Shown: positions 51,002-63,704 of the stretch, in pieces | Layout of the letters: every line of letters starts with the position of its first letter | Position numbering within the stretch: position 1 is the first letter of the stretch | Assembly: GCA_051942245.1 (NCBI GenBank) | Contig: JAVECL010000009.1 | Location: forward strand, 62,001-126,000 | Source: Trypethelium eluteriae | Taxonomy: Eukaryota | DNA length: 64,000 nt | Direction: 5' to 3' | Made by a program: the position numbers and the translations under genes | The notes under the pieces: generated by a model | Databases searched by the model: none | The model's input: the letters and a program-made list of their open reading frames with translations, nothing else | Told to the model about the DNA's origin: nothing

Positions 51002-52081
51002 TTACCAACCATCGTGAATATCTTTCTTTTGCTCATCCTGCAATCTCGGCTCATTAACATCCCACCACCACTTGTTCGTGATGTCGCTTTCTTGGCCTTT
51101 CTGTTCGTTCCATGGCTTGGGGTCTAGGATGTAATGGACGACTTTCACACTATCGTCCCTCCAAATCTTGTCATGTACTCCTGGCATCCTCAAGGTTTTC
51201 AATGCATTGTAGATATACGGCAATGCAACCCAACGCCCATTATAGACGTCTGATAGCAATGCTTGATCTGGAAACTTATACTCTTCAGTAGCCGGGGATT
51301 CGAGTTGCTTCAGACAAGCAGTGTAGATTGCAGCTGAGGGAATCGCAACGATGAGACCAGAATTGAGCATACCTACCCCTGCTGTGCAAGGGGCCCCGAT
51401 GCGCTGGGCGGTCTCGGGATCGTTGTGCTGGGCGGTGAATGCACAATTTTCGGGAACCCTACTTTCATGGTGAGTCGCTTGTATCTGTGGGAACATCGTG
51501 GTGGCTCACCATGTCTTCGGATAATGTGGTCGGTTGAATGGGTTACAGGCACAAGCATGACTGGCAGCAAACACTCTGTTTCCCTTGCCTCCCATCTCTA
51601 CTGGATCTAGCTCAAGGTCCATAAGCTCGTCCATATTTCCGCGCACTACCATGTCGCTATCCAACAGTACAACTCTCTCATACTCAACAAGTGAAAAGAG
51701 AGTCAGCTTGCTCCATGTCGCATGAAATCTAGGATCGCCGCTAAGGTCTCGATCCTCAGAAGGCTGCAGAAAGTTAACGCGCTTTTTAGGGATACCGCGA
51801 TCGTCGAGAGCTCTATGGCCTTCCGGAGGAAAGCTGTCTGTGTAGAGAGCCACAAGCGGATAGGCAGACTCGGTACGTTTCAAAGAGTAATCCAGGCAGA
51901 GCAGACCGGTCAAATATTTTGTATTCGTGATCAAAGTCGCCCAGACTGTTTAGATTAAAGGATCAGAAATGGTAGTGTAGCTCAGGTTCAGATCAGTACA
52001 GCTACCTTTCTTGGAGTCGACGACCCGAGTCTGTTCGGGATTGACTTGCGAAACTGCACCATTGAGTCGCGGTTCTGCCAT
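51002..52081 (-). CDS. Glycosyltransferase family 8 protein
   Basis: VWATLITNTKYLTGL, TWSKL, RVVLLDSDM (DxD), HACACNP, LNSGL, FPDQALL, YNALK, HYILDPKPW; introns ~52005-51947 and 51509-51459. Confidence 0.92.
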
Positions 52082-52572
52082 TTCTGATGAGCCAGCTCTG
52101 GATAATGTGAAAATAGGATTAATGAAGATAAGGTTTAGTGAGGAGGTTTTAAAGAAGCCACCGAACGCCTGAAGATTTGACTACATGTTGGAGCAATGGC
52201 GACACCAAGCAGCCATGGACTCTTCAAAAAGTAACTTCTATTCAGGATCCGATCTCTGCAGTCGTGTTGCATAACACAAGAAGGTGGGCGAATGAGTGGT
52301 ATTCGTGCAGCTGTGCTAGCAACGATCGAGCCCGACTGTGAGCGACGTCATCACCCGCATTATGCAGGGTCCAGCCCGGAGGATGATCTACTAGAGTAAA
52401 ATCCCAGTCCAAGGGTTAGAGTATTGAGTGTGGCCCCGTCGTCCAGTGAATACTTCCATCTCCAAACTTGAGATATCTCTCCTTCCTACCTCCAGCCATC
52501 ATCTGTCTTCTTGAGCGGAATGAAAGCTTTAAGAAAACTCCAACGGCCCCCCATATTTGCCATCGGGAGGTG

Positions 52573-53661
52573 ATGTCGGCGACAGCAGAGACCACTGTAG
52601 CAGACTCTGTCGCCAAACAAAGGAACCAGGATGCCGCCGAACTCCCTGCAAAGGCTCAGCAGAGCCCTGCTAACTACAAGGGCTTTGTTGCTGGGGTCTT
52701 CTCTGGTACGGCCAAGTTAGCTGGTACGTTGCTCCGAGTCCCAAATATGCGAGCTGTCTGATGCCAAATATCATGTAGTTGGGCATCCCTTCGACACCAT
52801 CAAAGTTCGTCTGCAGACATCAGCAACATCCCAATTCAGAGGTCCACTTGATTGTCTGCTCCAGACCGTTCGTCAAGAAGGCGTGAGAGCTCTGTACAAA
52901 GGCGCCACTCCTCCGTTGGTAGGATGGATGGTCATGGATTCGGTCTTGATGGGCTCGTTGACGTTTTACCGGAGGTTGCTGAACGATAATGTCTTCAATC
53001 CAAAACGGTCGGAGGTTTCTGGCATGATAGAAACTGGGAAGCTTCCTCCCATTGGACATGCCGCTGCTGGTGTAATGGCTGGTTGCACCGTCAGTTTCAT
53101 AGCCGCACCGGTCGAGCATGTAAAAGCGCGGTTGCAAGTCCAGTATCAGCCCGAGAAGAAAAAGCGCTTGTACAGCGGGCCAATTGATTGTACTACAAAG
53201 CTGGTACGTCTCAATGAGCGGCAGACTCCGAGCTATCGACTAACGGCCTGCTGTAGCTGCGCGGCTATGGCATTTCCGGCCTTTATCGCGGCCTCGGCGC
53301 TACCCTTCTTTTTAGGTCCTTCTTCTTCTTCTGGTGGGGAACGTATGATATCTTCACGGGCATACTTACAAACCACACTTCACTCTCCACTCCAGCGATC
53401 AACTTCTGGGCTGGCGGCCTCTCCGCCCAAGTCTTTTGGATCACTTCGTATCCTTCTGATGTGGTGAAGCAACGCATTATGACTGACGGTCTTGGACCTG
53501 ATCGCAAATTTCCACGTTGGGTAGATGCAGCTAAAGCAATCTTGAGGGAAGGTGGGTGGAGAGGGTTTTGGAGGGGCTTCCTTCCTTGCTTCCTTAGAGC
53601 CTTCCCAGCGAATGCAATGGCGCTTGTCGCATTTGAAGGTGTTATGCGTGCGCTCGCATGA
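52573..53661 (+). CDS. Mitochondrial carrier family protein (Ymc1/Crc1-like organic acid/carnitine carrier)
   Basis: Three PX[DE]XX[KR] motifs: HPFDTIKVRLQ, APVEHVKARLQ, YPSDVVKQR; RAFPANA; two introns. Confidence 0.92.
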
Positions 53662-55385
53662 GCACCGCTGTGGACTATAATGAATGGTCTCTATTCTCCA
53701 AAGTTGTATTATATAATCAAGCTACTCTGTTCGCTGCACGAGGATACATCATGTGGAAGAATTGTATCCCTCAGCTTATTTTCTCAGTCACATCTCTATG
53801 TTATTCTGCTTGTCGTGTCCCGACATATGCCTCTTCATTTGGTTCATTTCTTTTGCTCAGCCGGAAATCTCTACTCTTGGGAAGAACGATAACTTGATTG
53901 AATGTTTCAGATCATAGACGGGCTAGATTATCAGAAACTTTTGTAACAGGGGGTTTTGATTCTAATACCACCGCTCACGCAGGCGCTTGAGGTATACTAC
54001 GGCGATATCCAGTCGAAGACATCAAACCGACACATCAAGGTGAGTCCGTTCGCTTGAAACTGGATACGCTGTTATGATGCGGCAGAAGCGTGTCACAAGG
54101 AATTCTGGTATCATATATCGGATTTCGAGGCTCTTCTTGCCAAATCAGGTGGAAGGGAACGATCATGGTGAGCATTCCAAACGTCTACTTCTTCGGTTGT
54201 GGTATGGATATGTTATAAGCTGCCGTCGAGCGATATAATGGGTCTTCCAAGTACTTCTCTTCATTCTTTCAAGACTGTCCGAGACCTCTAATGAATCATT
54301 GGTACAATCGCAGCCCCATTGGTTTTTTTCGGTACGTGAAAATCCTTATAGCCTTGTCGGTCTCATGAAGATCCCCTATGCTTCACCGCGACATTTTCGA
54401 AAAATCTTCCCCCCCAAAAAAAAAAAAAACCAAACTATTGATCATCTTGGCCGATTTGTAGAAGCCGGCAGACTATTCTTAGGAGATAATATTTTCCTGA
54501 CGGCTTTTTGTGAAGCTCAAGATCTATCGCTTGACGGAGCCGATTATTTCGCCCGTGTTAACAATCTCCGGTGAAAGCAAGCCAACCGCTTCTCTAAACG
54601 AGTGGGTCAATGAGGTAGGGTTTCGGTATTCGAGAGGAACGCGAGAGACTATAGCAAGTCCCTTCAATGGAGTGCTTGGCCCAAAAACTATAGAAATATT
54701 CACTGATGAGTGATCACAACACCAGTTTTATCAGGACTAGACGCAAGAATACGCGAGGGAATACAAAGGAAGACAGTTTAACACAGCATTAATTGACATC
54801 AAGTACAAGGCAGCGGACGGAGTGAGACCTCTGCCGAATTTTTGAAGAATAATGCCTTTGTCAAGCAGAATTTCATTCACACTCCAGGTCATTGGTCACA
54901 GGCGATCCTTCGGTCATTTCGAGTCCTCATTCTTTCTTTTCCCTGACGCCCCTTCATCAACTCGACGAAATTCAACTTTTGACACGGACATGTGGTGCCC
55001 TTCCGGTTTGCTCAAGTGGAGGCTGTCGGTCAATCGTGAAGGCTACGCTTAGCATATTCGGACAGACTGTAGGTATTGACACCATCTTACTTGATTCATA
55101 TCAGTGACTCCGAATTCAGTAATACTCCAAGTCAGTCTACGATCTGTAAGAGTCAGAGATGAGTATTGCAGTACACTCAGGTTCATAATCAAATTTGACA
55201 CATCAATTCCAGTGTATTTTACAACGCACGCTTTGCAGTATCTCAGAGTAGAACCAGCTCTTTTGTCTTTCTTCAATACTCAAATCACTCCATCTAATTT
55301 TCGATAAAGCTCAGCCTCAAGTAGGACCTGTGAACCAAATCGGCCATAACTCCCTTCTGGATCAGTAGTCACGCATAAGTCTACC

Positions 55386-56459
55386 ATGGTGTCGATTAAT
55401 CAAGCCATCCTCAACCACTGCCATAGATTGCGCGCCGCGATCGAAGACAACTTTGAAGAAGAACCAGTTAAAGGTGGCAACCAGTTGGAAGAAGATCCCT
55501 ATCTGGAACATATCCATAGTGCGGAAGAGGGAATCAAAGAGCTGGAAACCCACATCCTGAATTGTAAGCTGAACCGAGATCGAGAATGGATCTTATTCTA
55601 CCTTCATAATGTCGATCAAAGCTTGAGGAAGATTAACGAAAATATCAAGAAAGGTATAAATCTCGGAAGCTCACATAGAGGAGCATTACTTTGTAAAGAA
55701 GGGGAATTTCAGACGCTACTCAATTTTACGGCAAAGCTTCATGAGACGATTAAGAAATTGGTTGATCCATCCAGGCAGGCAAGTAGACCGCCTTAGTTAT
55801 CAGTGTGTTCGTTGCCATTTTACTAACTCTCAAAGGGATTTCAGACGGCACCAAGCAACCTTCAGTCCAGGTCTGAGAAAGCTGGCCCAGGACAAAGTCA
55901 ATCACAGCGTTCCTCAAACTCGGCTGCATCTTCCGGAGGCCGGGAATATCAAAGAGAGGACTTCTCTTATGGGATTCAAGGTGGAATGAACTACTCTACA
56001 GATTCCAAGGGCAACGGGTATCCATACGGGTCGCAGTTCCCTAGAGGAAATGTGAATCACATGCCTCAATACACACCACCTGCAGGGTATCCGGTATATA
56101 CGTACGCTCAGCAGGGTTCATCGGTTTATGGCATGGCGACAGAGAACTATTCTGCCAGGGGAACTGGCTTCCAACAGCCAACTTGGTCTTCAGAGCAGCA
56201 TCCAGATTATGCAGCGCCTGCTGGAGTTTACTACAATCATGGGCATGACCATTACCCCAGAAGTGAGCGTCACAAGGAATATGCAGCTGAAGGAATTTTA
56301 CCAGAAGACAGGATTGTAGAACTTGACGATGACGAGCCAGACAAAAAGAGTGTCTCTAAACGTCGTCTGATGCTTCCAGCTTCCACAACGGGCAAGAATA
56401 GCAACGAGAAAGGTCCGCAGAGCACTCGAAACGGAGGAAGGCAAGGGAGACGGCAATAG
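55386..56459 (+). CDS. Lineage-specific hypothetical protein (~338 aa), two exons joined by a GC-AG intron
   Basis: ORF from 55386 reaches CAG|GCAAGT (55779), TACTAAC branch point 55821-55827, AAG acceptor 55835; exon 2 is open from 55836 and in frame with ORF 55986..56459. Confidence 0.7.
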
Positions 56460-57681
56460 CAAGCAATGCCGCAGGAACTTCGTCGATTCCAAGATGGTTG
56501 ACGTTGAGAAAGGGATCTCAGGGAGGTAGGTCGATGGTATGGCTGGAACGTACGTCCGGATCAACTCCCTGTTGCCCTCAATGGATGTGTACATAACTTT
56601 TACATATGTGACTAAGCTCGGCATTCAATCTTAAGCTTTTCTGAGAACGAGCCTATTATGTTCCTGGGAAACATTAGACAGCGGGAAGTGTTGGTCCAGA
56701 ATCCATCTCGTGTGAGGTAAGCTTTCTTGTGTCTGACGTACAATATTGTCATAGTCATTCATGTTCAACCTTTGAATGAATTTGAATCTGAATTTGAATC
56801 AAGAGCTCGGGCTAATGCATTCACTTCAAGATCGCGACCTCCTAGCAGATGTGCACTGAATGATGTTCCTCAGCAGGTTAGCCTGACAAACTTCACAGCT
56901 TTGCCATAGGATGACTGTGCATACCCACACGTATTCGACTTGGAGCCTGCCCTTTGCGGTGCAGTCATTTGGCTAGTTGGTGATGCATCCATAGTGATGT
57001 GGAAATTACTAGGTAGGAAATGTAATCCTGCGTTTCATGACTATCTATACCCTGCATTTACAATTCACTCTTGCTGGAATCATAGACGTCACATAAGATT
57101 CACGTCTGTACGATTTCGACAGGGGGACCCGAAGGGATCCAATCTACCTGGTTTCATGAGGCTCATCAAGCAAACAAAGTGAATATGAGGCCCTCCTCGC
57201 ACGCACTATCGGTGCATAATGAATCAAGTCTATGGCTCGTTGCTTGTGAAGAGTTAATTGCAAATGTGTCCGTCAAAACTATGAAGTCACTGCTGCTTCA
57301 CCACGTAGCAAGATAAGACTGAGCCACTAGAGTGGATCAAAGATCTGTCAAACTGTGACTCAACGTTGACGCTTGCTAACCCTTCCATCATTCAGCTCAA
57401 GATCGATACCTCATACTCTGTCTATTTAAGGAGCCTGAGAATCCAAGGTAAAAGAAACGCTAGAGCCATCTTTCCATTCGATATCAGTACCCAGTATTTT
57501 CTTAACCTATTGATCCCACGAACACAAAGCCATTACCCAATTAAAGCAGTTGACCAGAGAGATTCCCCTAGCACAGCGAACATATCTTTTAACGCAGACA
57601 AGTTCCGCATATTCCTAGGTGAAACTAGTGAATATCTGGCCGAAATCTCCCCTGGCATTACAGTCTGAGCTGAAAACAGAT

Positions 57682-58276
57682 ATGAAGAAACTTGAGCAGC
57701 GTCTAAATGTGATGATATCAGATTCGCGAGGTGGTCCAGTGGGTGTTTTCGACAAGGCGTTTAATCGAATCGTCGAGATTCTCCCTCAGGTCTGCTCCAA
57801 ATATACAAACTCCAACAAATGTACCACTAAAGGGAAAGAAAAGATGTTAGACATCATGAAGGACTGGAAAAAGCATGAGCAAGCAATCCAGCAGCAGAGG
57901 GCGAAACAGAACGTGAGTGAAGCTCTGCTAGGGTGAAAGGTGGCCTACGTTAACATATTTCAATCAGCATAGCAAACCAAATGCGGGTGAGAGCAGAAAG
58001 GGTGAAAGTACTCAGAAGGCTAGTGGAGCATCGGAGCCGATGGATGGAAAAATTGTTCCACAGGCAGTACAACCATCAGCTAGTGGTGGCACCAATAGTG
58101 CAGCAGGAACTCCAGATCAGAAGCAAGGGCGAAAGAGCGGAGGCGCTGTAGGTGAACCGCAGGGCTGCTGCTCCTCAAATCAGGCCGAAAGTGCTGACAG
58201 CTTTATAGGCGACAACGTCTTTGAAGACTCATTCCAATTCGAGTGGAAAATGATATCCTTCAGAGGAATCCGGTAA
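57682..58276 (+). CDS. Small lineage-specific hypothetical protein (5' structure uncertain)
   Basis: ORF 57619.. and ORF 58040..58276 are joined in frame by intron 57913-57967 (GTGAGT…GTTAAC…CAG); first ATG 57682. Confidence 0.45.
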
Positions 58277-58467
58277 GAAGAGTGACTGAGATCTTGGAAC
58301 TACATTGGCAACGCTTGTGTTGAATTGTGGCGTAGCATGACTCTTGCGACACCCTTACGAGATCGTCAACTATTCGAAGGAAGAGAACGATGATTGAGAA
58401 CTGCCTCACAATTAATATACAATGTGCTAGGTTGCCGAGCGAGACTTGCAGCCTTTGCGTTACTTAC

Positions 58468-60390
58468 TGTGCTTGGACGGACCTTCGAACCTAGGCTATC
58501 TGTGAACTTTCTCCAAGTTCAGGAGCGGCGGCTATGGCAGGGAAGTGGAATACATCTGTCTCTAACTTTTCATTTCATACTTTTCTTTCGACTGTCACTA
58601 CCGACAATGTGTTCGTGCTATCCAGTCTCTATTCCTGTGAGCCTAGTCAAATGCTGTAGATGATGAGTGTTAATGCTTGTATCTATAACCTGATATCTGA
58701 TGTCCATAATCATCACCTGGGGCACTACTCCATTGGATGCTCAGCCCAGTACTCTACACTTGGGGTCTTGTCTTAGTATGCTGCGAAGCATGGAGTCTTT
58801 GACCGTCCCGCCTTTTCTTTTACCGCACTTCCGCGTCTTCATGATCCCGCATGCCACATTAATGTTGTTGGATCTTGGATATATTGAAAGCTATCTAGAA
58901 GTGGTATGAATCGCAAATCTGTACTTCCGGAGCCGGATACTTCCAACCGCACTCATCGCTTCTCTACCAGGGAATGAAATCAGAAATGTCGGTGCTGTGA
59001 AAGGTAGGCGAAATTTTGACCTCAGCAGGTTTTGGAGGTTCCTCCGGAAAAACTGTTCAAAGTATTGATAAAGAACTGGACGGGAGGTCGCATTAGGATC
59101 AGTAGAGCATCTCGCTTTTGTCCTTGTTAAGCTTCATGCGCCCCGAGATAGCTCATAAAGGGCTTGAGAGCCATAGGCTGTCACATTGTGTCTCAGTAGA
59201 ACTCGCCGACATTCTCTGACCGTACCCCTTTTTACCCGGTCTGGATGTATAGACTATCCATGGGACTACTTACTAATCATGGAAACAAAAATAAGCTATC
59301 TGGGCCAGGAAGGACAACGAGAACACAATGAAAGGCCGAAAGCGAACAGATAATGGAAGAGGGTGTAGAGTACAACGCTGGAGCTTATTCACAACGGATT
59401 GCAATTGCTCTGGGACCGTTGGTATGCATTCATTGGACTGTTACTATTCCAACTGGTGCAATTCCCCCAGAGTCCCTCTCATAACTTTTAGAAGTGGAGC
59501 GCCTAACCGACTTCACACTTATCGGCCAAAGCGTTGCTCGGATTACGTAACTGCTGTAAACAAGGACGCTATAAAAAGCTTGATGCTGCAATGAAAGAAG
59601 ATAGTGCAAGATTAAAAACATGATTTACTCATTGCCAGTGAACAACAGCCAGGATGGAAGCATGTCTGAGACAGCCAGTGAAACAGTCGAAAGGGGTTAG
59701 GGCTGACAGCATATGTGACCGGTTGATTTCCGCGGTTTCCTGGTTCTTCGTGATTGATGCGTGGAAAAGTTCCAAAGCAGACTCGCGATGGAGTCCGTTC
59801 GGAAGGTTTCCTAAAGTCCTTATTTCGGGTTTGCGCTTTGATTTGGGGGATCGCACCATGATCGCCTCTTGGGCCGGTGATCATCCAATGCATCCTGCCA
59901 TCGTATATGCATGGAACGATCAGCTGGAAAACCCCAATGACTTTCCTCGTGTGGTGGTAACTCCGAGATGCTGTGCAGCAGGCGGGACGGACCGCGGCAT
60001 GAATAGGTACGTTGGATGGGGAAGGTTGTAGTTCAGAGCAACCTTCTGAAAGTGTCGGTCCAGCGTCTTCAGAAGAACTTCGCCGATGCAGCCACAAGAC
60101 TGCAAGCTTCCATTGCAATCACCCTGAAATTGATTCAGATACGGTTCAAGGCAGATGTTTGGTTTCATGGGCGAGATGAAACAAGCGTCATGCCCTCCCT
60201 GCATTGGCAGATTGGCTGCATGGGCCTACCCCTGAGCTAGCTTCAACACAAAAGCCCATGAACGAGTCCACACAACATCGGGCTTGCTTTTGGAGAGCAA
60301 CCATCGAAAGGGCTGCTTCTTTCAAGACTTTGTGAAGTTTCGAGGTTGGCAAAGTGGGGTGATCTGTGCGTCCCGTCGAAAAAAGAAGGG
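58468..60390 (-). ncRNA. TER: Putative telomerase RNA (TER), ~1.9 kb; ends approximate
   Basis: Template CCCUAACCC (59702-59694); boundary helix 59978-59968/59712-59703; perfect 11-bp helix 59990-59980/58813-58803; nested helices 60059-60053/58606-58600, 60158-60152/58558-58552, 60202-60194/58545-58537; G-U pairs only valid on the minus strand; GUAAGU at 58467-58462; no credible protein ORF. Confidence 0.7.
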
Positions 60391-60578
60391 TCTCACGCTT
60401 CTGTCTTAGACGTGCGCGCACCTTGCAGCAGCCGTGTAACGCTACCACAGTACCGCTATTTCCCGTGCAGAGTGCTTACCGTCAAGACTAAAGGAAATCC
60501 GAAGAAATAATCAAGGCAATCTTTCCCTGCCATCTCTTCCCTCAGAGACCGGAGTGATCTCCGGCAGCCGGCGGCGCA

Positions 60579-61373
<795 letters not shown>

Positions 61374-61944
61374 CACCATCCACTCAACCAGCCCACTCGC
61401 ATCATTTTTCATCCTTCAATTTACAAGCCACGACTCTCGACATTTGAACCTTTTCTAATACCCATTCCTCTTCTAACGCGCATTCGACAATGACGGTACG
61501 AGTTCAACTACGTTGTTTAAATACCCCAACAATACCCTTGTAATATTAGTTCGACTACTAGGAGCTTTCGCTTCGACCAAGTTTCATTTCCCAATCCCTT
61601 TTCACAGTGGGGACTTGGCAACCTCTTTCTCAACCTTGACCGCTGGGCGGTGTGAAAGATGGGTAAGGTAGTTTTCTCTGCTTTCTCCCTTTTCGTCATG
61701 CTTTTGGAAGATAGTCGAGGGACACCACCGTCTACTTAGGACTGGGTTTTGCATTTTCGGGTGTGGAAAGCATAGAGCAGTGAAATGGAAGATTCTCCAA
61801 TACCGACTTCTCCAGGCTCAATCGTTCTAGAATTAACCAATTCAAACGAATCTGATCCTATAATCCAGATGGCCACGATCCCATACATCCATGTCCATGT
61901 CCCACAGCGTCATCCAAACAGTCACACTCTCCTTACAATAACCT

Positions 61945-63492
61945 TTATTTTAAACCTTCTGTAAGTACGTATCTCCTCTCTACGTCCATCTCTTTCTCAA
62001 TTTCGTCCTCTCCCTCAAACCTCAGCCTTACGGTCCCTCCGCTATCCCCACCACCTACCTTCCACTCCCGACTCACCTCCGCTTTGTAAAAAGTCGTTGT
62101 ATTAGGATACAGCGCCAGCACCTGCTTTCCCTTCTCCAACGGGCTGGCCCCCTTCGCCGATGACGTTCCCGCTTCCTCCTCGACCCCCGGGGGTGGTGGG
62201 ATGGGAATGAGGTACTGCACACTCGCTTTCGTCGGTGGCGGGATCTGGCCCGTCGTCGGATCTGGTTCAGGATCGGTATCCTGGATTTCGTAGCGCCGCT
62301 GCTTGCCCTCCCCATTGATAGAGGTGATGGTGCAGAGGATGCCGGAGCCCTCTGCGTTGCGTGCCTTGTTGCGGAAGAAGACCTCGGCACCAACGTGCAG
62401 TTTCTGTGGTCGATTTGCGCTGGGGGTGATCAGCGGGTTGGCGGGACCGGGAGTGGTGGTCGACGTTGAGGAAACAGGTTCCTTGACCGCGCTACCGTCC
62501 AGGGAGGAAGAATCGCCAACATCTTCTAACTTGACGGAAACGCTGCCGTCTCGAGTGGAGGATGGCACAGAGCCGGAGCGTTTGTCTTTGTGAGTAGACG
62601 CAAGCTTGGAAACACCTGTGGCGACTTTGGGGGAGATACCAACATTGGCGGGAGCCGGAGATTTGCCTTCATTGTCATCGGCAATGGCGCTTCCGCTACT
62701 GGGAGCATTGCTAGTTGAGTTCGCCGCCGTACTGGCATCGAATTTGCGTTTTCGATCACGAGCGGGCTTGGCAGTCGAGCTTGACCGTGACATAGGGGCT
62801 GATGCATTGGCACCGTGGTGCGGGTCAGATTCAGAAGCTGCACGGAGCGCAGCAAGGACACCAAGCGCAGCGATGATAGAGGGCGATTCGTTTTTCGTTT
62901 CCAGGATGTGCAGGGCCTCTTCAGTATGTTTGAGAGTGGTACGATAGAGAGACTCGAGTTCTGTATCGAGGGCGGCAGAGGGTATGTCATTCCGTGCTTG
63001 AGAGACGATCAGCATGAATACGTTAGATTTGCAGGCGGAGGTCCTCGGACTGTCATGTATGGCTAACGGGATGAGAGAGGATCAAAACTGTACCATGCCA
63101 GGGGAAGAGAGGAGACGATGGAGAATAACAGTGCGACTTGTCCAACTGGTATGTTGTAATACAGCGGAATGATAAAGAAAGACTTCGAGATAACTCAGGA
63201 CAGCCATTTGAGCAGAAGGCCAGCAAAGAGAGTTTATGCAATACGTATTGTGACGCGTACCCAAAGCAGTTGCTTGTTGGTCCTCCACATCCATGATTTT
63301 CTGAGAGGCGGTATTCATTTTCGCCTAATTAGTGTTAGCTACTCAAACTGATGTGGCCGGATGAATCGTCTCATATACTACAAGTGCGTCGACTTTTTTC
63401 CCGTCAGCAAGCATTCCTTTCCATAAGTCACGTTCCTCATTTGCATCATCTTTCACCAGCGCCCGGCCTGTTCTCGGGCGCGCTGTGGCCAT
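61945..63492 (-). CDS. SGF29: SAGA-associated factor 29 (tandem Tudor)
   Basis: Exon 1 MATARPRTGR…NEERDLW; C-terminal GILCTI…RRYEIQDTDP and KQVLALYPNTTTFYKAEV…LRFEGED…VERRYVL; two introns (second ~263 nt). Confidence 0.9.
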
Positions 63493-63704
63493 GCCCTATT
63501 ACCGCGGTTGCAAATGCTAACAGGAATGGCTTGTGAGAGGCCTCTTTTCCCGGAAAGAAAATCAAACAAGTACGGAAGATAGATCTACAAGAACCGTGAC
63601 GGAGGGGTAGCAAGGTCGGAATGCTTGGGTGAATATCTCAGGCGGTAGCGATGCTCCCAGAATTGTCATGTTTAAATGGAGATGGACGTGATTTGACAAG
63701 GGAG

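Noticed and set aside
59612..60118. 168-aa minus-strand ORF and overlapping 125-aa plus-strand ORF
   Set aside because: No domain signal and atypical composition; the region is better explained as structured ncRNA.
62998..63260. Unusually long second intron of SGF29 as a possible snoRNA host or cassette exon
   Set aside because: No box C/D or H/ACA architecture seen; internal splice signals are weak.
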